Origin: Squalus acanthias
Lineage: Eukaryota
Direction: 5' to 3'
Length of the DNA: 64,000 nt
Assembly (NCBI GenBank): GCA_030390025.1
Contig: JASTWF010000325.1
Coordinates: 248,001 to 312,000, forward strand
Positions 20,043 to 33,400 of the stretch are shown piece after piece (within the stretch, counting starts at the first letter, position 1; every line of letters starts with the position of its first letter). The notes below the pieces were generated by a model. That model ran no database searches and was not told the origin of the DNA. It saw nothing but the letters and a program-made list of their open reading frames with translations. The position numbers and the translations under genes are program-made.

Positions 20043-20426
20043 AGGGTCTGACCGGGCTCCGTGTACACAGGGTCTGACCGGGCTCCGTGTACGCAGGGTC
20101 TGACCAGTCTCCGTGTACACAGGGTCTGACCGGGCTCCGTGTACACAGGGTCTGACCGGGCTCTGTGTACACAGGGTTGGACCGCACTCCGTGTGCACAG
20201 GGTCTGACCGGGCTCCGTGTACACAGGGTCTGACCGGGCTCTGTGTACACAGGGTCTGACCGGGCTCCGTGTACACAGGGTCTGACCAGGCTCCGTGTAC
20301 ACAGGGTCTGACCGGGCTCCGTGTACACAGGGTCTGACCGGGCTCCGTGTACACAGGGTTGGACCGCGCTCCATGTACACAGGGTCTGACCGGGCTCCGT
20401 GTACACAGGGTTGGACCGCGCTCCGT
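20037..20426. repeat. Minisatellite, 26-bp unit (GTGTACACAGGGTCTGACCGGGCTCC)
   Basis: Tandem repetition. Confidence 0.95.
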
Positions 20427-21317
20427 GATATTGGCTGGGATGCTGAGCCAGTCTGACCCTCAGCGTCAGTCGGGATGTCCAATCGTTCTTGAGCCACCAT
20501 GTGCTCCCTTTCAGACTCGGCGAGTGACTGTGGCCGATTGCTAAACAACATACCCGGCTGGGTGTGCCCACAGCCACCTCGCCCGCTAGTGAGAGTCAGA
20601 GCCAGCGCTCAGTGCCAACGCAGAAAGGGTCTGTGTAATGGGCATCGGATCTTGAACACCAGCCTAAGTGCGAGTGAACCCAACCAAACTTACAAATCCT
20701 CGGCTGGTGCCAGTACAAGTGAAGCTCATGCCCGGGTACTTGTTCTGAGATGTGGACGACACTGACACGGCCGTATTTATTGCCCATTCCCAGCTGCTCC
20801 GAGGGCATCAAGAGTCAAACACCTAAGCCTAGAAATTGGATAGTGCAGTGCCCGATTTTCAGGCTCTGAAGGGTCCAATATGGTGTGCCTCGCTCACTCA
20901 TTCTGCACTGGGATAGCACCGTGTGCCAAATTGGTTAGGGCAGCCCGGAGTGGCCCACAGAGAATGCCTGAAAGCAGCGTAAGGCCCCTTTCCCAGAATC
21001 GATGGGGGCTGAGCGCAGCACGCACCGTGACTTTCCCCACTCTCGACACGGGACACACGCTGAAGGTGAAGCTGTGCAGAGGGTGGACACCTTGTCCTGA
21101 TTGGGGCAGCAACTATCTCTTGACCCTGCTCAGACACGGGCAGCAGGAACAGCCTTCTCTTCACCGAGTGAGCTACACACGCAGCATCATGGCAGGTAGA
21201 GCACAACAATTAACTCGGGTCCAGTCAACGGCTTTGTGCCTCAGAATGTCACAGAAATGGGTTAAGTCTTCGTATCACCACGGGTAAGGGTTAGGGTTTG
21301 GTTCCTTTTACAGCCAA

Positions 21318-21632
21318 GAATTACATCGAATGTACAGCGCAGAAACAGGCCATTCGGCCCATCAGGTCTGTGCCGGTGTTTCTGCTCCACACGAGCTTCC
21401 TCCCACCCTACTTCATCTCACCCCATCAGCATAATATCCTCTTTATGTGATTATCGAGCTTCCCCTTAAAGGTATCGATACTATTCGCCTCAACCACTCC
21501 CTGTGGTAGCGAGTTCCACATTCTCACCACTCTCTGGGGAAAGCAGTTTCTCCTGAGTTCCCTATTGGATTTATTGGTGACTATCTTATATTGATGGCCT
21601 CTAGTTTTGGACTCTCCCACAAGTGGAAACAT
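21318..21632 (-). mobile_element. CR1-type LINE 3' fragment; continues at 23377-23480 across the Harbinger insertion
   Basis: FPLVGESKTRGH..QRVVRMWNSLP..FKGKLD. The upstream part ELIEVFQILKGFDRVDVEK lies at 23377-23440. Confidence 0.8.
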
Positions 21633-21633
21633 T

Positions 21634-23376
21634 GGCCGGAATTTTGCCTGCCTCGGCGGGTCCGGTGTGGGCGGTGTCCGTGGGGGGTCGCGACCCCACT
21701 GCTGGCTCCATCCCGCTGTTGAAAATGAACTTACCTTAATGGGGCCTATTAAGCCCCGCCCAGCGCGTTACCCAGCCCAATGAGATGGAGCGGGTCTGGT
21801 GACGTCATTCATGTGTGTTTTCAGACGGGATCTTTAAAGAGACCACGGCCACATTAGATTTGAAGTTTCATTTAACATAGTGCTGTCAGTGTACTACAGC
21901 GTTGGAGTGCTGCAAACACTGACAATGACTGCACCCAGGTTCTCCCATGACTCATGCTTTTGGAGGGAGTCAGAGCACGAAGGGAGGTTCTCTTCCCTTC
22001 CGATGCACGGAAGAGACCTCCCCAGGAGACGAAAACAGCCTGGTTGCAGATTGCAAAGGAGGTCACAAGCAGGGATGTGCTCAGGAGGACCTGGGTGCAG
22101 TTCCGCAAACATTTCAATGATCTCATGAGATCAGGAAACATTAGTACAAAGCCACACTCAGCCTCATCCTGCTGTGCCTCTCATCACATCCCCATCACTC
22201 TGCCTTCCCTACCCTACTCCTACTCATCCTTATGCACACCAACTTACCTTGCACCTCCACCCATCCCCTCTCTCTGTCTACATTATCACATCCCCATCTC
22301 ATTAGCCACCCCTCACACTCACCCTCAACCTAGTGCAATCATACCAACTAACAACACACAAGGGTAGCCACCTGGATGTTTTATCCAATGTTTATGTAAA
22401 GTTTCTGTTAATGTGGCGCCAAACATAAAAATCTTTATTTTCAACACTTGGACAGATTTGTCTGCACCTTTAGAAGTGGCTTAGTGAGTTGCAGTGAATG
22501 GTGAGACATAACGGTACCCCCCGCAATGGAGATGAGTGTGAAAGGAATGGCTTGGTCATTGTCGGGATGCTTTATGGTGTTGGTGTGGGGTGGTGCCAAC
22601 CTGACGCATCATGTGGCAGCCATATAGGTATACAGCGTAAAGTTAACTAAATCTGGCCATGATGAGACCATCCTTGGCCTCCCGGGCAGCAATGCGCTCG
22701 GGTGCTGATGCCCTCTGTCCTGTGCAGCATCAGGTGATTGCGGAGAAGGTTGGTGGTGTTGTTGGTGCTGCTGGTGTTGGGGCTCATTGTGGTCCGATTC
22801 TGAGGACCAAGGTGAGAGAGTATAAACAGCACCCATGTTGATGGAATAGATGGCAGGTGGAGTACAGATGACAGAAGCATTCTGTCAATGGTGAGAGAGT
22901 TCTTCCAATGAGGTGAGACTGGATGGAGACTTTGCTGGAAAGACTTGCAGCCTGCAGAATCTGTGCTGGAAATGGACTGAGCAACAGTTTCTGCCTGAGG
23001 AAAGTGATCATCTGTCAGGTGGGAGCTTTTACTGAACATTTGATGCTGTCAAGTCATCAGCTGGAGCAATGGCCACTGAACTCCCGCCTCAGGTTGACAG
23101 ACGTGGTTCCCGAGCTGTGTGAATCCCGTGGCCATGCAGGGAAATTTTAAAAGTAAGTGGGAAAAGTCTCTTAAGTGCCTGTAAACTACCTGATAATCAT
23201 CTCAATTGGGTCGCCCGCGCTGCCGCTCGGGTCGGCTCCGCGATGAGAGACGCGCCTGGGGGAAAGGCGCGTGGGAGCGAGATGACAGCAGATTCCCGAC
23301 CCTCTGTCAAAAATAACAACTTTCCCACCCGACCCGCCACCAATCGCGCCCGCTACCACCCTGGAAAATTCCAGGC
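21634..23376 (+). mobile_element. PIF/Harbinger-type DNA transposon, internally deleted, with a Myb/SANT-like ORF remnant (about 21925-22135)
   Basis: Imperfect TIRs GGCCGGAATTTT and AAAATTCCAGGC split a CR1 fragment. APRFS..LLEGVRARREVLF..AWLQIAKEV..RTWVQFRKHFNDL resembles the NAIF1-like Myb domain. Confidence 0.75.
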
Positions 23377-23667
23377 ATCTTCTCTACGTCTACCCTATCA
23401 AACCCTTTCAGAATTTGAAAGACTTCTATTAGTTCACCCCTTAGTCTTTTTTCTAGAGAAAAGAGCCCCAGCTTGTTCGAATACGCAGCAACACCATTGC
23501 CAGTTGGGTGGAGCAGGGCTGGTGGGAGGACATAATGAAACTAGACATACAAAAGGCCTTTGATAAAGTGCCACATGACAGACTTCTTGAAACATGAAGA
23601 TCAGTGTGTGTTAAGGGCTGTACCTCTCGATGCTGTGTGACCTTGTCCTCCTGTGCTTTCTGAGCAG

Positions 23668-24043
23668 GCTGTCTCTAACAGACCCGGACAACTGGAAGCC
23701 CCCTCAAAGTGACAGGCCTACCACCAATGTGGACAGCACCATCCTGGCACCAGCACAGGCTCTCGGCAGGAATCACCCAATCACACTGCTGGTGCCCAAC
23801 ACCAACATTGAACAGAAGAAGGAACCAAGCCAAGAACTCAAGACGTTGGAGAGGGAAGGAGTTTCTGGGCTCCCCGCGAGTCCTGCCGGGACAGACAGTG
23901 AGAGCTCCTTTCAACTTCAAGTTCAAACCTCAAAGGAGGCTCGATGGAGGAAGATATCCCGAATGTTTCGACCGACCACCCAGGTTCAGAGAGATCCACA
24001 ACCTCCAGCAAAGAGCAGTCAGATTGACAACACCCCTCACAAG
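23668..24043 (+). CDS. FGD2: FGD2-like, probable coding exon 2 (low-complexity linker)
   Basis: Polypyrimidine tract with CAG acceptor, open frame, AAG|GTATT donor. Phases 2 and 0 fit the flanking exons. No conserved motif recognised. Confidence 0.6.
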
Positions 24044-24419
24044 GTATTAATACAGATCCATGTAAAGGGGTCATTGGGTAATGGGAGAGTAGGACCCACA
24101 AACTGACAAAGGCTGTCAGGAAATTGTTGTTCTGTATCTTTAAAGGATAGCAGGACAGAGCTAGGCTAGATTCCTATCATTTCACAGAGGGTCATTGAAA
24201 CTGGGACGAGTCACCAGTGTGGATTAAATGCAAGCGTTCAAAGGGGAGCTGTCCGAGTGTGGAATATACGAACAAAAGCTGGACATTCAGTCCCTTGAGC
24301 CATCCACAAGTATCAGCAGACATGTCTGGCCGATATAGCTACGTATAAAAGGTGGGTGGGACGTTGGGGGATGTGCCTCCCACTCAAAGTACTCTCGTGC
24401 AACTTCAGGACTCAGAGTC

Positions 24420-27400
24420 ACTCTATCTCTCCCTCTGTCGCTCTATCTCTCCCTGTGTCGCTCTATCACTCCGTGTGTCCCTCTATCTCTCGCTGTGTCA
24501 CGCTATCTCTCCCTGTGTCCCTCTATCTCTGCGTGTCCCTCTATCTCTCCCTGTGTCGCTCTATCACTCCGTGTGTCCCTCTATCTCTCCCTGTGTCCCT
24601 CTATCACTCCCTGTGTCGCTCTATCACTCCCTGTGTCCATCTATCTCTCCCTGTGTCGCTCTATCTCTCCCTGTGTCCCTCTATCTCTCCCTGTGTCCCT
24701 CTATCTCTCCCTGTGTCACTCTATCTCTCCCTGAGACCCTTTATATCTCCCTGTGTCTCTCTATCTCTCCCTGTGTCGCTCTATCTCTCCCTGAGTTCCT
24801 CTATCTCTCCCTGAGTCCCTCTATCTCTCCCTGAGTCCATCTATCTCTCCCTGTGTCCCTCTATCTCTCCCTGTGTCCCTCTATCTCTCCCTGAGTCCCT
24901 CTATCTCTCCCTGAGTCCCTCTATCTCTCCCTGAGTCCCTCTATCTCTCCCTGAGTCCATCTATCTCTCCCTGTGTCCCTCTAACTCTCCCTGTGTCTCT
25001 CTATCTCTCCCGGTGTCCCTCTATCACTCCCTGTGTCCCTCTATCTCTCCGTGTGTCCCTCTATCTCTCCCTGTGTTCCTCTATCTCTCCGTGTCCCTCT
25101 ATCTCTCCCTGTGTCCCTCTATCTCTCCCTGTGTCCCTCTATCTCTCCCTGTGTCCCTCTATCTCTCCCTGAGTTCCTCTATCTCTCCCTATGTCCCTCT
25201 TTCTCTCCCTGTGTCCGTCTATCACTCCCTGTGTCCCTCTATCACTCCCTGTGTCCCTCCATCTCTCCCTGTCGCTCTATCTCTCCGTGTCCCTCTATCT
25301 CTCCCTGTGTCCCTCTATCTCTCCGTGTGTCGCTCCATCTCTCCCTGTGTCTCTCTATCACTCCCTGTGTCCCTCTATCTCTCCCTGTGTCCCTCTATCT
25401 CTCCCTGTGTCACTCTATCTCTCCCTGAGACCCTCTATCTCTCCCTGTGTCCCTCTATCACTCCCTGTGTCCCTCTATCTCTCCCTGTGTCACTCTATCT
25501 CTCCCTGTGTCCCTCTATCTCTCCCTATGACCCTTCCGTCTCCCTGTGTCCGTCTATCACTCCCTGTGTCCCTCTATCACTCCCTGTGTCCCTCCATCTC
25601 TCCCTGTTGCTCTATCTCTCCGTGTCCCTCTATCTCTCCGTGTGTCGCTCTATCTCTCCCTGTGTCTCTCTATCACTCCCTGTGTCCCACTATCTCTCCC
25701 TGTGTCCCTCTATCTCTCCCTGTGTCCCTCTATCACTCCCTGTGTCCCTCTATCTCTCCCTGTGTCTCTCTATCTCTCCCTGTGTCTCTCTATCTCTCCC
25801 TGTGTACCTCTATCACTCCCTGTGTCTTTCTATCACTCCCTGTGTCCCTCTATCTCTCCCTGTGTCCCTCTATCACTCCCTGTGTCGCTCTATCTCTCCC
25901 TGTGTCACTCTATCTCTCCCTGAGACCCTCTATCTCTCCCTGTGTCCCTCTATCACTCCCTGTGTCCCTCTATCACTCCCTGTGTCCCTCTATCTCTCCC
26001 TGTGTCTCTCTATCTCTCCCTGTGTCTCTCTATCTCTCCCTGTGTCCCTCTATCACTCCCTGTGTCTTTCTATCACTCCCTGTGTCCCTCTATCTCTCCC
26101 TGTGTCCCTCTATCACTCCCTGTGTCCCTCTATCTCTCCCTGTGTTCCTCTATCTCTCCGTGTCCCTCTTCTTTCCCTGTGTCCCTCTATCTCTCCCTGT
26201 GTCCCTCTATCTCTCCCTGTGTCCCTCTATCTCTCCCTGTGTCACTCTATCTCTCCATGTATCGCTCTATCACTGCCTGTCTCCCTCTATCACTCCCTGT
26301 GTCGCTCTATCTCTCCCTGTGTCCCTCTATCTCTCCCTGTGTCTCTCTATCACTCCCTGTGTCCCTCTATCTCTCCCTGAGTTCCTCTATCACTCCCTGT
26401 GTCCCTCTATCTCTCCCTGAGTCCCTCTATCACTCCCTGTGTCCCTCTATCTCTCCCTGTGTCTCTCTATCTCTCCCTGTGTCCCTCTATCACTCCCTGT
26501 GTCTTTCTATCACTCCCTGTGTCCCTCTATCTCTCCCTGTGTCCCTCTATCACTCCCTGTGTCGCTCTATCTCTCCCTGTGTCACTCTATCTCTCCCTGA
26601 GACCCTCTATCTCTCCCTGTGTCCCTCTATCACTCCCTGTGTCCCTCTATCTCTCCCTGTGTCACTCTATCTCTCCCTGTGTCCCTCTATCTCTCCCTAT
26701 GTCCCTCTTTCTCTCCCTGTGTCCGTCTATCACTCCCTGTGTCCCTCTATCACTCCCTGTGTCCCTCCATCTCTCCCTGTCGCTCTATCTCTCCGTGTCC
26801 CTCTATCTCTCCCTGTGTCCCTCTATCTCTCCGTGTGTCACTCTATCTCTCCCTGTGTCTCTCTATCACTCCCTGTGTCCCTCTATCTCTCCCTTTGTCC
26901 CTCTATCTCTCCCTGTGTCGCTCTATCTCTCCCTGTAACCCTCTATCTCTCCCTGTGTCTCTCTATCTCTCCCTGTGTCGCTCTATCTCTCCCTATGTCG
27001 CTTAATCACTCCCTGTGTCCCTCCATCTCTCCCTGTCGCTCTATCTCTCCGTGTCCCTCTATCTCTCCCTGTGTCCCTCTATCTCTCCGTGTGTCGCTCT
27101 ATCTCTCCCTGTGTCTCTCTATCACTCCCTGTGTCCCTCTATCTCTCCCTGTGTCGCTCTATCTCTCCCTGTAACCCTCTATCTCTCCCTGTGTTCCTCT
27201 ATCTCTCCCTGTGTCCCTCTATCTCTCCCTATGTCGCTTAATCACTCACTGTGTCCCTCCATCTCTCCCTATGTCGCTTAATCATTCCCTGTGTCCCTCT
27301 ATCTCTCCCTGTGGTCCTCTATCTCTCCCTGTGTCCCTCTATCTCTCCCTGTATCGCTCTATCACTCCGTGTGTCCCTCTATCTCTCCCTGTGTCAAGCT

Positions 27401-30400
27401 ATCTCTCCCTGTGTTCCTCTATCTCTCCCTGTGTCCCTCTATCACTCCCTGTGTCGCTCTATCTCTCCCTGTGTCCCTCTATCTCTCCCTGTGTCGCTCT
27501 ATCTCTCCCTGTGTCCCTCTATCTCTCCCTGTGTCTCTCTATCTCTCCCTGTGTCTCTCTATCTCTCCCTGTGTCCCTCTATCACTCCCTGTGTCTCTCT
27601 ATCTCTCACTGTGTCGCTCTATCTCTCCCTGAGTCCCTCTATCTCTCCCTGAGTCCCTCTATCTCTCCCTGTGTCCCTCTATCTCTCCCTATGTCGCTTA
27701 ATCACTCCCTGTGTCCCTCTATCTCTCCCTATGTCGCTAAATCACTCCCTGTGTCCCTCTATCTCTCCGTGTGTCCCTCTATCTCTAACTGTGTTCCTCT
27801 ATCTCTCTGTGTCCCTCTATCTCTCCCTGTGTCCCTCTATCTCTCCCTGTGTCCCTCTATCTCTCCCTGTGTCCCTCTATCTCTCCCTGTGTCCCTCTAT
27901 CTCTCCCTGTGTCGCTCTATCTCTCCCTGTGTCCTTCTATCTCTCCCTGAGTTCCGCTATCACTCCCTGTGTCCCTCTATCTCTCCGAGTCCCTCTATCT
28001 CTCCCTGTGTCCCTCTATCTCTCCCTGTGTCCCTCTATCTCTCCCTATGTCGCTTAATCACTCCCTGTGTCCCTCTATCTCTCCGTGTGTCCCTCTATCT
28101 CTCCCTGTGTTCCTCTATCTCTCCGTGTCCCTCTTCTCTCCCTGTGTCCCTCTATCTCTCCCTGTGTCCCTCTATCTCTCCCTGTGTCCCTCTATCTCTC
28201 CCTGTGTCACTCTATCTCTCCATGTATCGCTCTATCACTGCCAGTCTCCCTCTATCACTCCCTGTGTCGCTCTATCTCTCCCTGTGTCCCTCTATCTCTC
28301 CCTGTGTCTCTCTATCACTCCCTGTGTCCCTCTATCTCTCCCTGAGTTCCTCTATCACTCCCTGTGTCCCTTTATCTCTCCCTGAGTCCCTCTATCACTC
28401 CCTGTGTCCCTCTATCTCTCCCTGTGTCTCTCTATCTCTCCCTGTGTCCCTCTATCACTCCCTGTGTCTTTCTATCACTCCCTGTGTCCCTCTATCTCTC
28501 CCTGTGTCCCTCTATCTCTCCCTGTGTCACTCTATCTCTCCCTGTGTCCCTCTATCACTCCCTGTGTCCCTCTATCTCTCCCTGTGTCACTCTATCTCTC
28601 CCTGTGTCCCTCTATCTCTCCCTATGTCCCTCTTTCTCTCCCTGTGTCCGTCTATCACTCCCTGTGTCCCTCTATCACTCCCTGTGTCCCTCCATCTCTC
28701 CCTGTCGCTCTATCTCTCCCTGTGTCTCTCTATCACTCCCTGTGTCCCTCTATCTCTCCCTGTGTCCCTCTATCTCTCCCTGTGTCGCTCTATCTCTCCC
28801 TGTAACCCTCTATCTCTCCCTGTGTCTCTCTATCTCTCCCTGTGTCGCTCTATCTCTCCCTGTAACCCACTATCTCTCCCTGTGTCCCTCTATCTCTCCC
28901 TGTGTCCCTCTATCTCTCCCTGTGTCGCTCTATCTCTCCCTGTAACCCTCTATCTCTCCCTGTGTCTCTCTATCTCTCCCTGTGTCGCTCTATCTCTCCC
29001 TATGTCGCTTAATCACTCCCTGTGTCCCTCCATCTCTCCCTGTCGCTCTATCTCTCCGTGTCCCTCTATCTCTCCCTGTGTCCCTCTATCTCTCCGTGTG
29101 TCGCTCTATCTCTCCCTGTGTCTCTCTATCACTCCCTGTGTCCCTCTATCTCTCCCTGTGTCGCTCTATCTCTCCCTGTAACCCTCTATCTCTCCCTGTG
29201 TTCCTCTATCTCTCCCTGTGTCCCTCTATCTCTCCCTATGTCGCTTAATCACTCACTGTGTCCCTCCATCTCTCCCGATGTCGCTTAATCATTCCCTGTG
29301 TCCCTCTATCTCTCCCTGTGGTCCTCTATCTCTCCCTGTGTCCCTCTATCTCTCCCTGTATCGCTCTATCACTCCGTGTGTCCCTCTATCTCTCCCTGTA
29401 ACCCTCTATCTCTCCCTGTGTTCCTCTATCTCTCCCTGTGTCCCTCTATCTCTCCCTATGTCGCTTAATCACTCACTGTGTCCCTCCATCTCTCCCTATG
29501 TCGCTTAATCATTCCCTGTGTCCCTCTATCTCTCCCTGTGGTCCTCTATCTCTCCCTGTGTCCCTCTATCTCTCCCTGTATCGCTCTATCACTCCGTGTG
29601 TCCCTCTATCTCTCCCTGTGTCACGCTATCTCTCCCTGTGTTCCTCTATCTCTCCCTGTGTCCCTCTATCACTCCCTGTGTCGCTCTATCTCTCCCTGTG
29701 TCCCTCTATCTCTCCCTGTGTCGCTCTATCTCTCCATGTGTCCCTCTATCTGTCCCTGTGTCTCTCTATCTCTCCCTGTGTCCCTCTATCTCTCCCTGTG
29801 TCCCTCTATCACTCCCTGTGTCTCTCTATCTCTCACTGTGTCGCTCTATCTCTCCCTGAGTCCCTCTATCTCTCCCTGAGTCCCTCTATCTCTCCCTGTG
29901 TCCCTCTATCTCTCCCTATGTCGCTTAATCACTCCCTGTGTCCCTCTATCTCTCCCTATGTCGCTTAATCACTCCCTGTGTCCCTCTATCTCTCCGTGTG
30001 TCCCTCTATCTCTAACTGTGTTCCTCTATCTCTCTGTGTCCCTCTATCTCTCCCTGTGTCCCTCTATCTCTCCCTGTGTCCCTCTATCTCTCCCTGTGTC
30101 CCTCTATCTCTCCCTGTGTCCCTCTATCTCTCCCTGTGTCGCTCTATCTCTCCCTGTGTCCCTCTATCTCTCCCTGAGTTCCGCTATCACTCCCTGTGTC
30201 CCTCTATCTCTCCGAGTCCCTCTATCTCTCCCTGTGTCCCTCTATCTCTCCCTGTGTCCCTCTATCTCTCCCTATGTCGCTTAATCACTCCCTGTGTCCC
30301 TCTATCTCTCCGTGTGTCCCTCTATCTCTCCCTGTGTTCCTCTATCTCTCCGTGTCCCTCTTCTCTCCCTGTGTCCCTCTATCTCTCCCTGTGTCCCTCT

Positions 30401-33400
30401 ATCTCTCCCTGTGTCCCTCTATCTCTCCCTGTGTCACTCTATCTCTCCATGTATCGCTCTATCACTGCCAGTCTCCCTCTATCACTCCCTGTGTCGCTCT
30501 ATCTCTCCCTGTGTCCCTCTATCTCTCCCTGTGTCTCTCTATCACTCCCTGTGTCCCTCTATCTCTCCCTGAGTTCCTCTATCACTCCCTGTGTCCCTTT
30601 ATCTCTCCCTGAGTCCCTCTATCACTCCCTGTGTCCCTCTATCTCTCCCTGTGTCTCTCTATCTCTCCCTGTGTCCCTCTATCACTCCCTGTGTCTTTCT
30701 ATCACTCCCTGTGTCCCTCTATCTCTCCCTGTGTCCCTCTATCTCTCCCTGTGTCACTCTATCTCTCCCTGTGTCCCTCTATCACTCCCTGTGTCCCTCT
30801 ATCTCTCCCTGTGTCACTCTATCTCTCCCTGTGTCCCTCTATCTCTCCCTATGTCCCTCTTTCTCTCCCTGTGTCCGTCTATCACTCCCTGTGTCCCTCT
30901 ATCACTCCCTGTGTCCCTCCATCTCTCCCTGTCGCTCTATCTCTCCGTGTCCCTCTATCTCTCCCTGTGTCCCTCTATCTCTCCGTGTGTCACTCTATCT
31001 CTCCCTGTGTCTCTCTATCACTCCCTGTGTCCCTCTATCTCTCCCTGTGTCCCTCTATCTCTCCCTGTGTCGCTCTATCTCTCCCTGTAACCCTCTATCT
31101 CTCCCTGTGTCTCTCTATCTCTCCCTGTGTCGCTCTATCTCTCCCTGTAACCCACTATCTCTCCCTGTGTCCCTCTATCTCTCCCTGTGTCCCTCTATCT
31201 CTCCCTGTGTCGCTCTATCTCTCCCTGTAACCCTCTATCTCTCCCTGTGTCTCTCTATCTCTCCCTGTGTCGCTCTATCTCTCCCTATGTCGCTTAATCA
31301 CTCCCTGTGTCCCTCCATCTCTCCCTGTCGCTCTATCTCTCCGTGTCCCTCTATCTCTCCCTGTGTCCCTCTATCTCTCCGTGTGTCGCTCTATCTCTCC
31401 CTGTGTCTCTCTATCACTCCCTGTGTCCCTCTATCTCTCCCTGTGTCGCTCTATCTCTCCCTGTAACCCTCTATCTCTCCCTGTGTTCCTCTATCTCTCC
31501 CTGTGTCCCTCTATCTCTCCCTATGTCGCTTAATCACTCACTGTGTCCCTCCATCTCTCCCGATGTCGCTTAATCATTCCCTGTGTCCCTCTATCTCTCC
31601 CTGTGGTCCTCTATCTCTCCCTGTGTCCCTCTATCTCTCCCTGTATCGCTCTATCACTCCGTGTGTCCCTCTATCTCTCCCTGTGTCACGCTATCTCTCC
31701 CTGTGTCCCTCTATCTCTCCCTGTGTCCCTCTATCACTCCCTGTGTCGCTCTATCTCTCCCTGTGTCCCTCTATCTCTCCCTGTGTCGCTCTATCTCTCC
31801 CTGTGTCCCTCTATCTCTCCCTGTGTCTCTCTATCTCTCCCTGTGTCTCTCTATCTCTCCCTGTGTCCCTCTATCACTCCCTGTGTCTCTCTATCTCTCA
31901 CTGTGTCGCTCTATCTCTCCCTGAGTCCCTCTATCTCTCCCTGAGTCCCTCTATCACTCCCTGTGTCCCTCTATCTCTCCCTATGTCGCTTAATCACTCC
32001 CTGTGTCCCTCTATCTCTCCGTGTGTCCCTCTATCTCTAACTGTGTTCCTCTATCTCTCTGTGTCCCTCTATCTCTCCCTGTGTCCCTCCATCTCTCCCT
32101 GTGTCCCTCTATCTCTCCCTGTGTCCCTCTATCTCTCCCTGTGTCCCTCTATCTCTCCCTGTGTCGCTCTATCTCTCCCTGTGTCCCTCTATCTCTCCCT
32201 GAGTTCCTCTATCACTCCCTGTGTCCCTCTATCTCTCCGAGTCCCTCTATCTCTCCCTGTGTCCCTCTATCTCTCCCTGTGTCCCTCTATCTCTCCCTAT
32301 GTCGCTTAATCACTCCCTGTGTCCCTCTATCTCTCCGTGTGTCCCTCTATCTCTCCCTGTGTTCCTCTATCTCTCCGTGTCCCTCTTCTCTCCCTGTGTC
32401 CCTCTATCTCTCCCTGTGTCCCTCTATCTCTCCCTGTGTCCCTCTATCTCTCCCTGTGTCACACTATCTCTCCATGTATCGCTCTATCACTGCCTGTCTC
32501 CCTCTATCACTCCCTGTGTCGCTCTATCTCTCCCTGTGTCCCTCTATCTCTCCCTGTGTCTCTCTATCACTCCCTGTGTCCCTCTATCTCTCCCTGAGTT
32601 CCTCTATCACTCCCTGTGTCCCTTTATCTCTCCCTGAGTCCCTCTATCACTCCCTGTGTCCCTCTATCTCTCCCTGTGTCTCTCTATCTATCCCTGTGTC
32701 CCTCTATCACTCCCTGTGTCTTTCTATCACTCCCTGTGTCCCTCTATCTCTCCCTGTGTCCCTCTATCTCTCCCTGTGTCACTCTATCTCTCCCTGAGAC
32801 CCTCTATCTCTCCCTGTGTCCCTCTATCACTCCCTGTGTCCCTCTATCTCTCCCTGTGTCACTCTATCTCTCCCTGTGTCCCTCTATCTCTCCCTATGAC
32901 CCTTCCGTCTCCCTGTGTCCGTCTATCACTCCCTGTGTCCCTCTATCACTCCCTGTGTCCCTCCATCTCTCCCTGTTGCTCTATCTCTCCGTGTCCCTCT
33001 ATCTCTCCGTGTGTCGCTCTATCTCTCCCTGTGTCTCTCTATCACTCCCTGTGTCCCTCTATCTCTCCCTGTGTCCCTCTATCTCTCCCTGTGTCCCTCT
33101 ATCACTCCCTGTGTCCCTCTATCTCTCCCTGTGTCTCTCTATCTCTCCCTGTGTCTCTCTATCTCTCCCTGTGTCCCTCTATCACTCCCTGTGTCTTTCT
33201 ATCACTCCCTGTGTCCCTCTATCTCTCCCTGTGTCCCTCTATCACTCCCTGTGTCGCTCTATCTCTCCCTGTGTCACTCTATCTCTCCCTGAGACCCTCT
33301 ATCTCTCCCTGTGTCCCTCTATCACTCCCTGTGTCGCTCTATCTCTCCCTGATTTCCTCTATCACTCCCTGTGTCCCTCTATCTCTCCCTGTGTCCCTCT

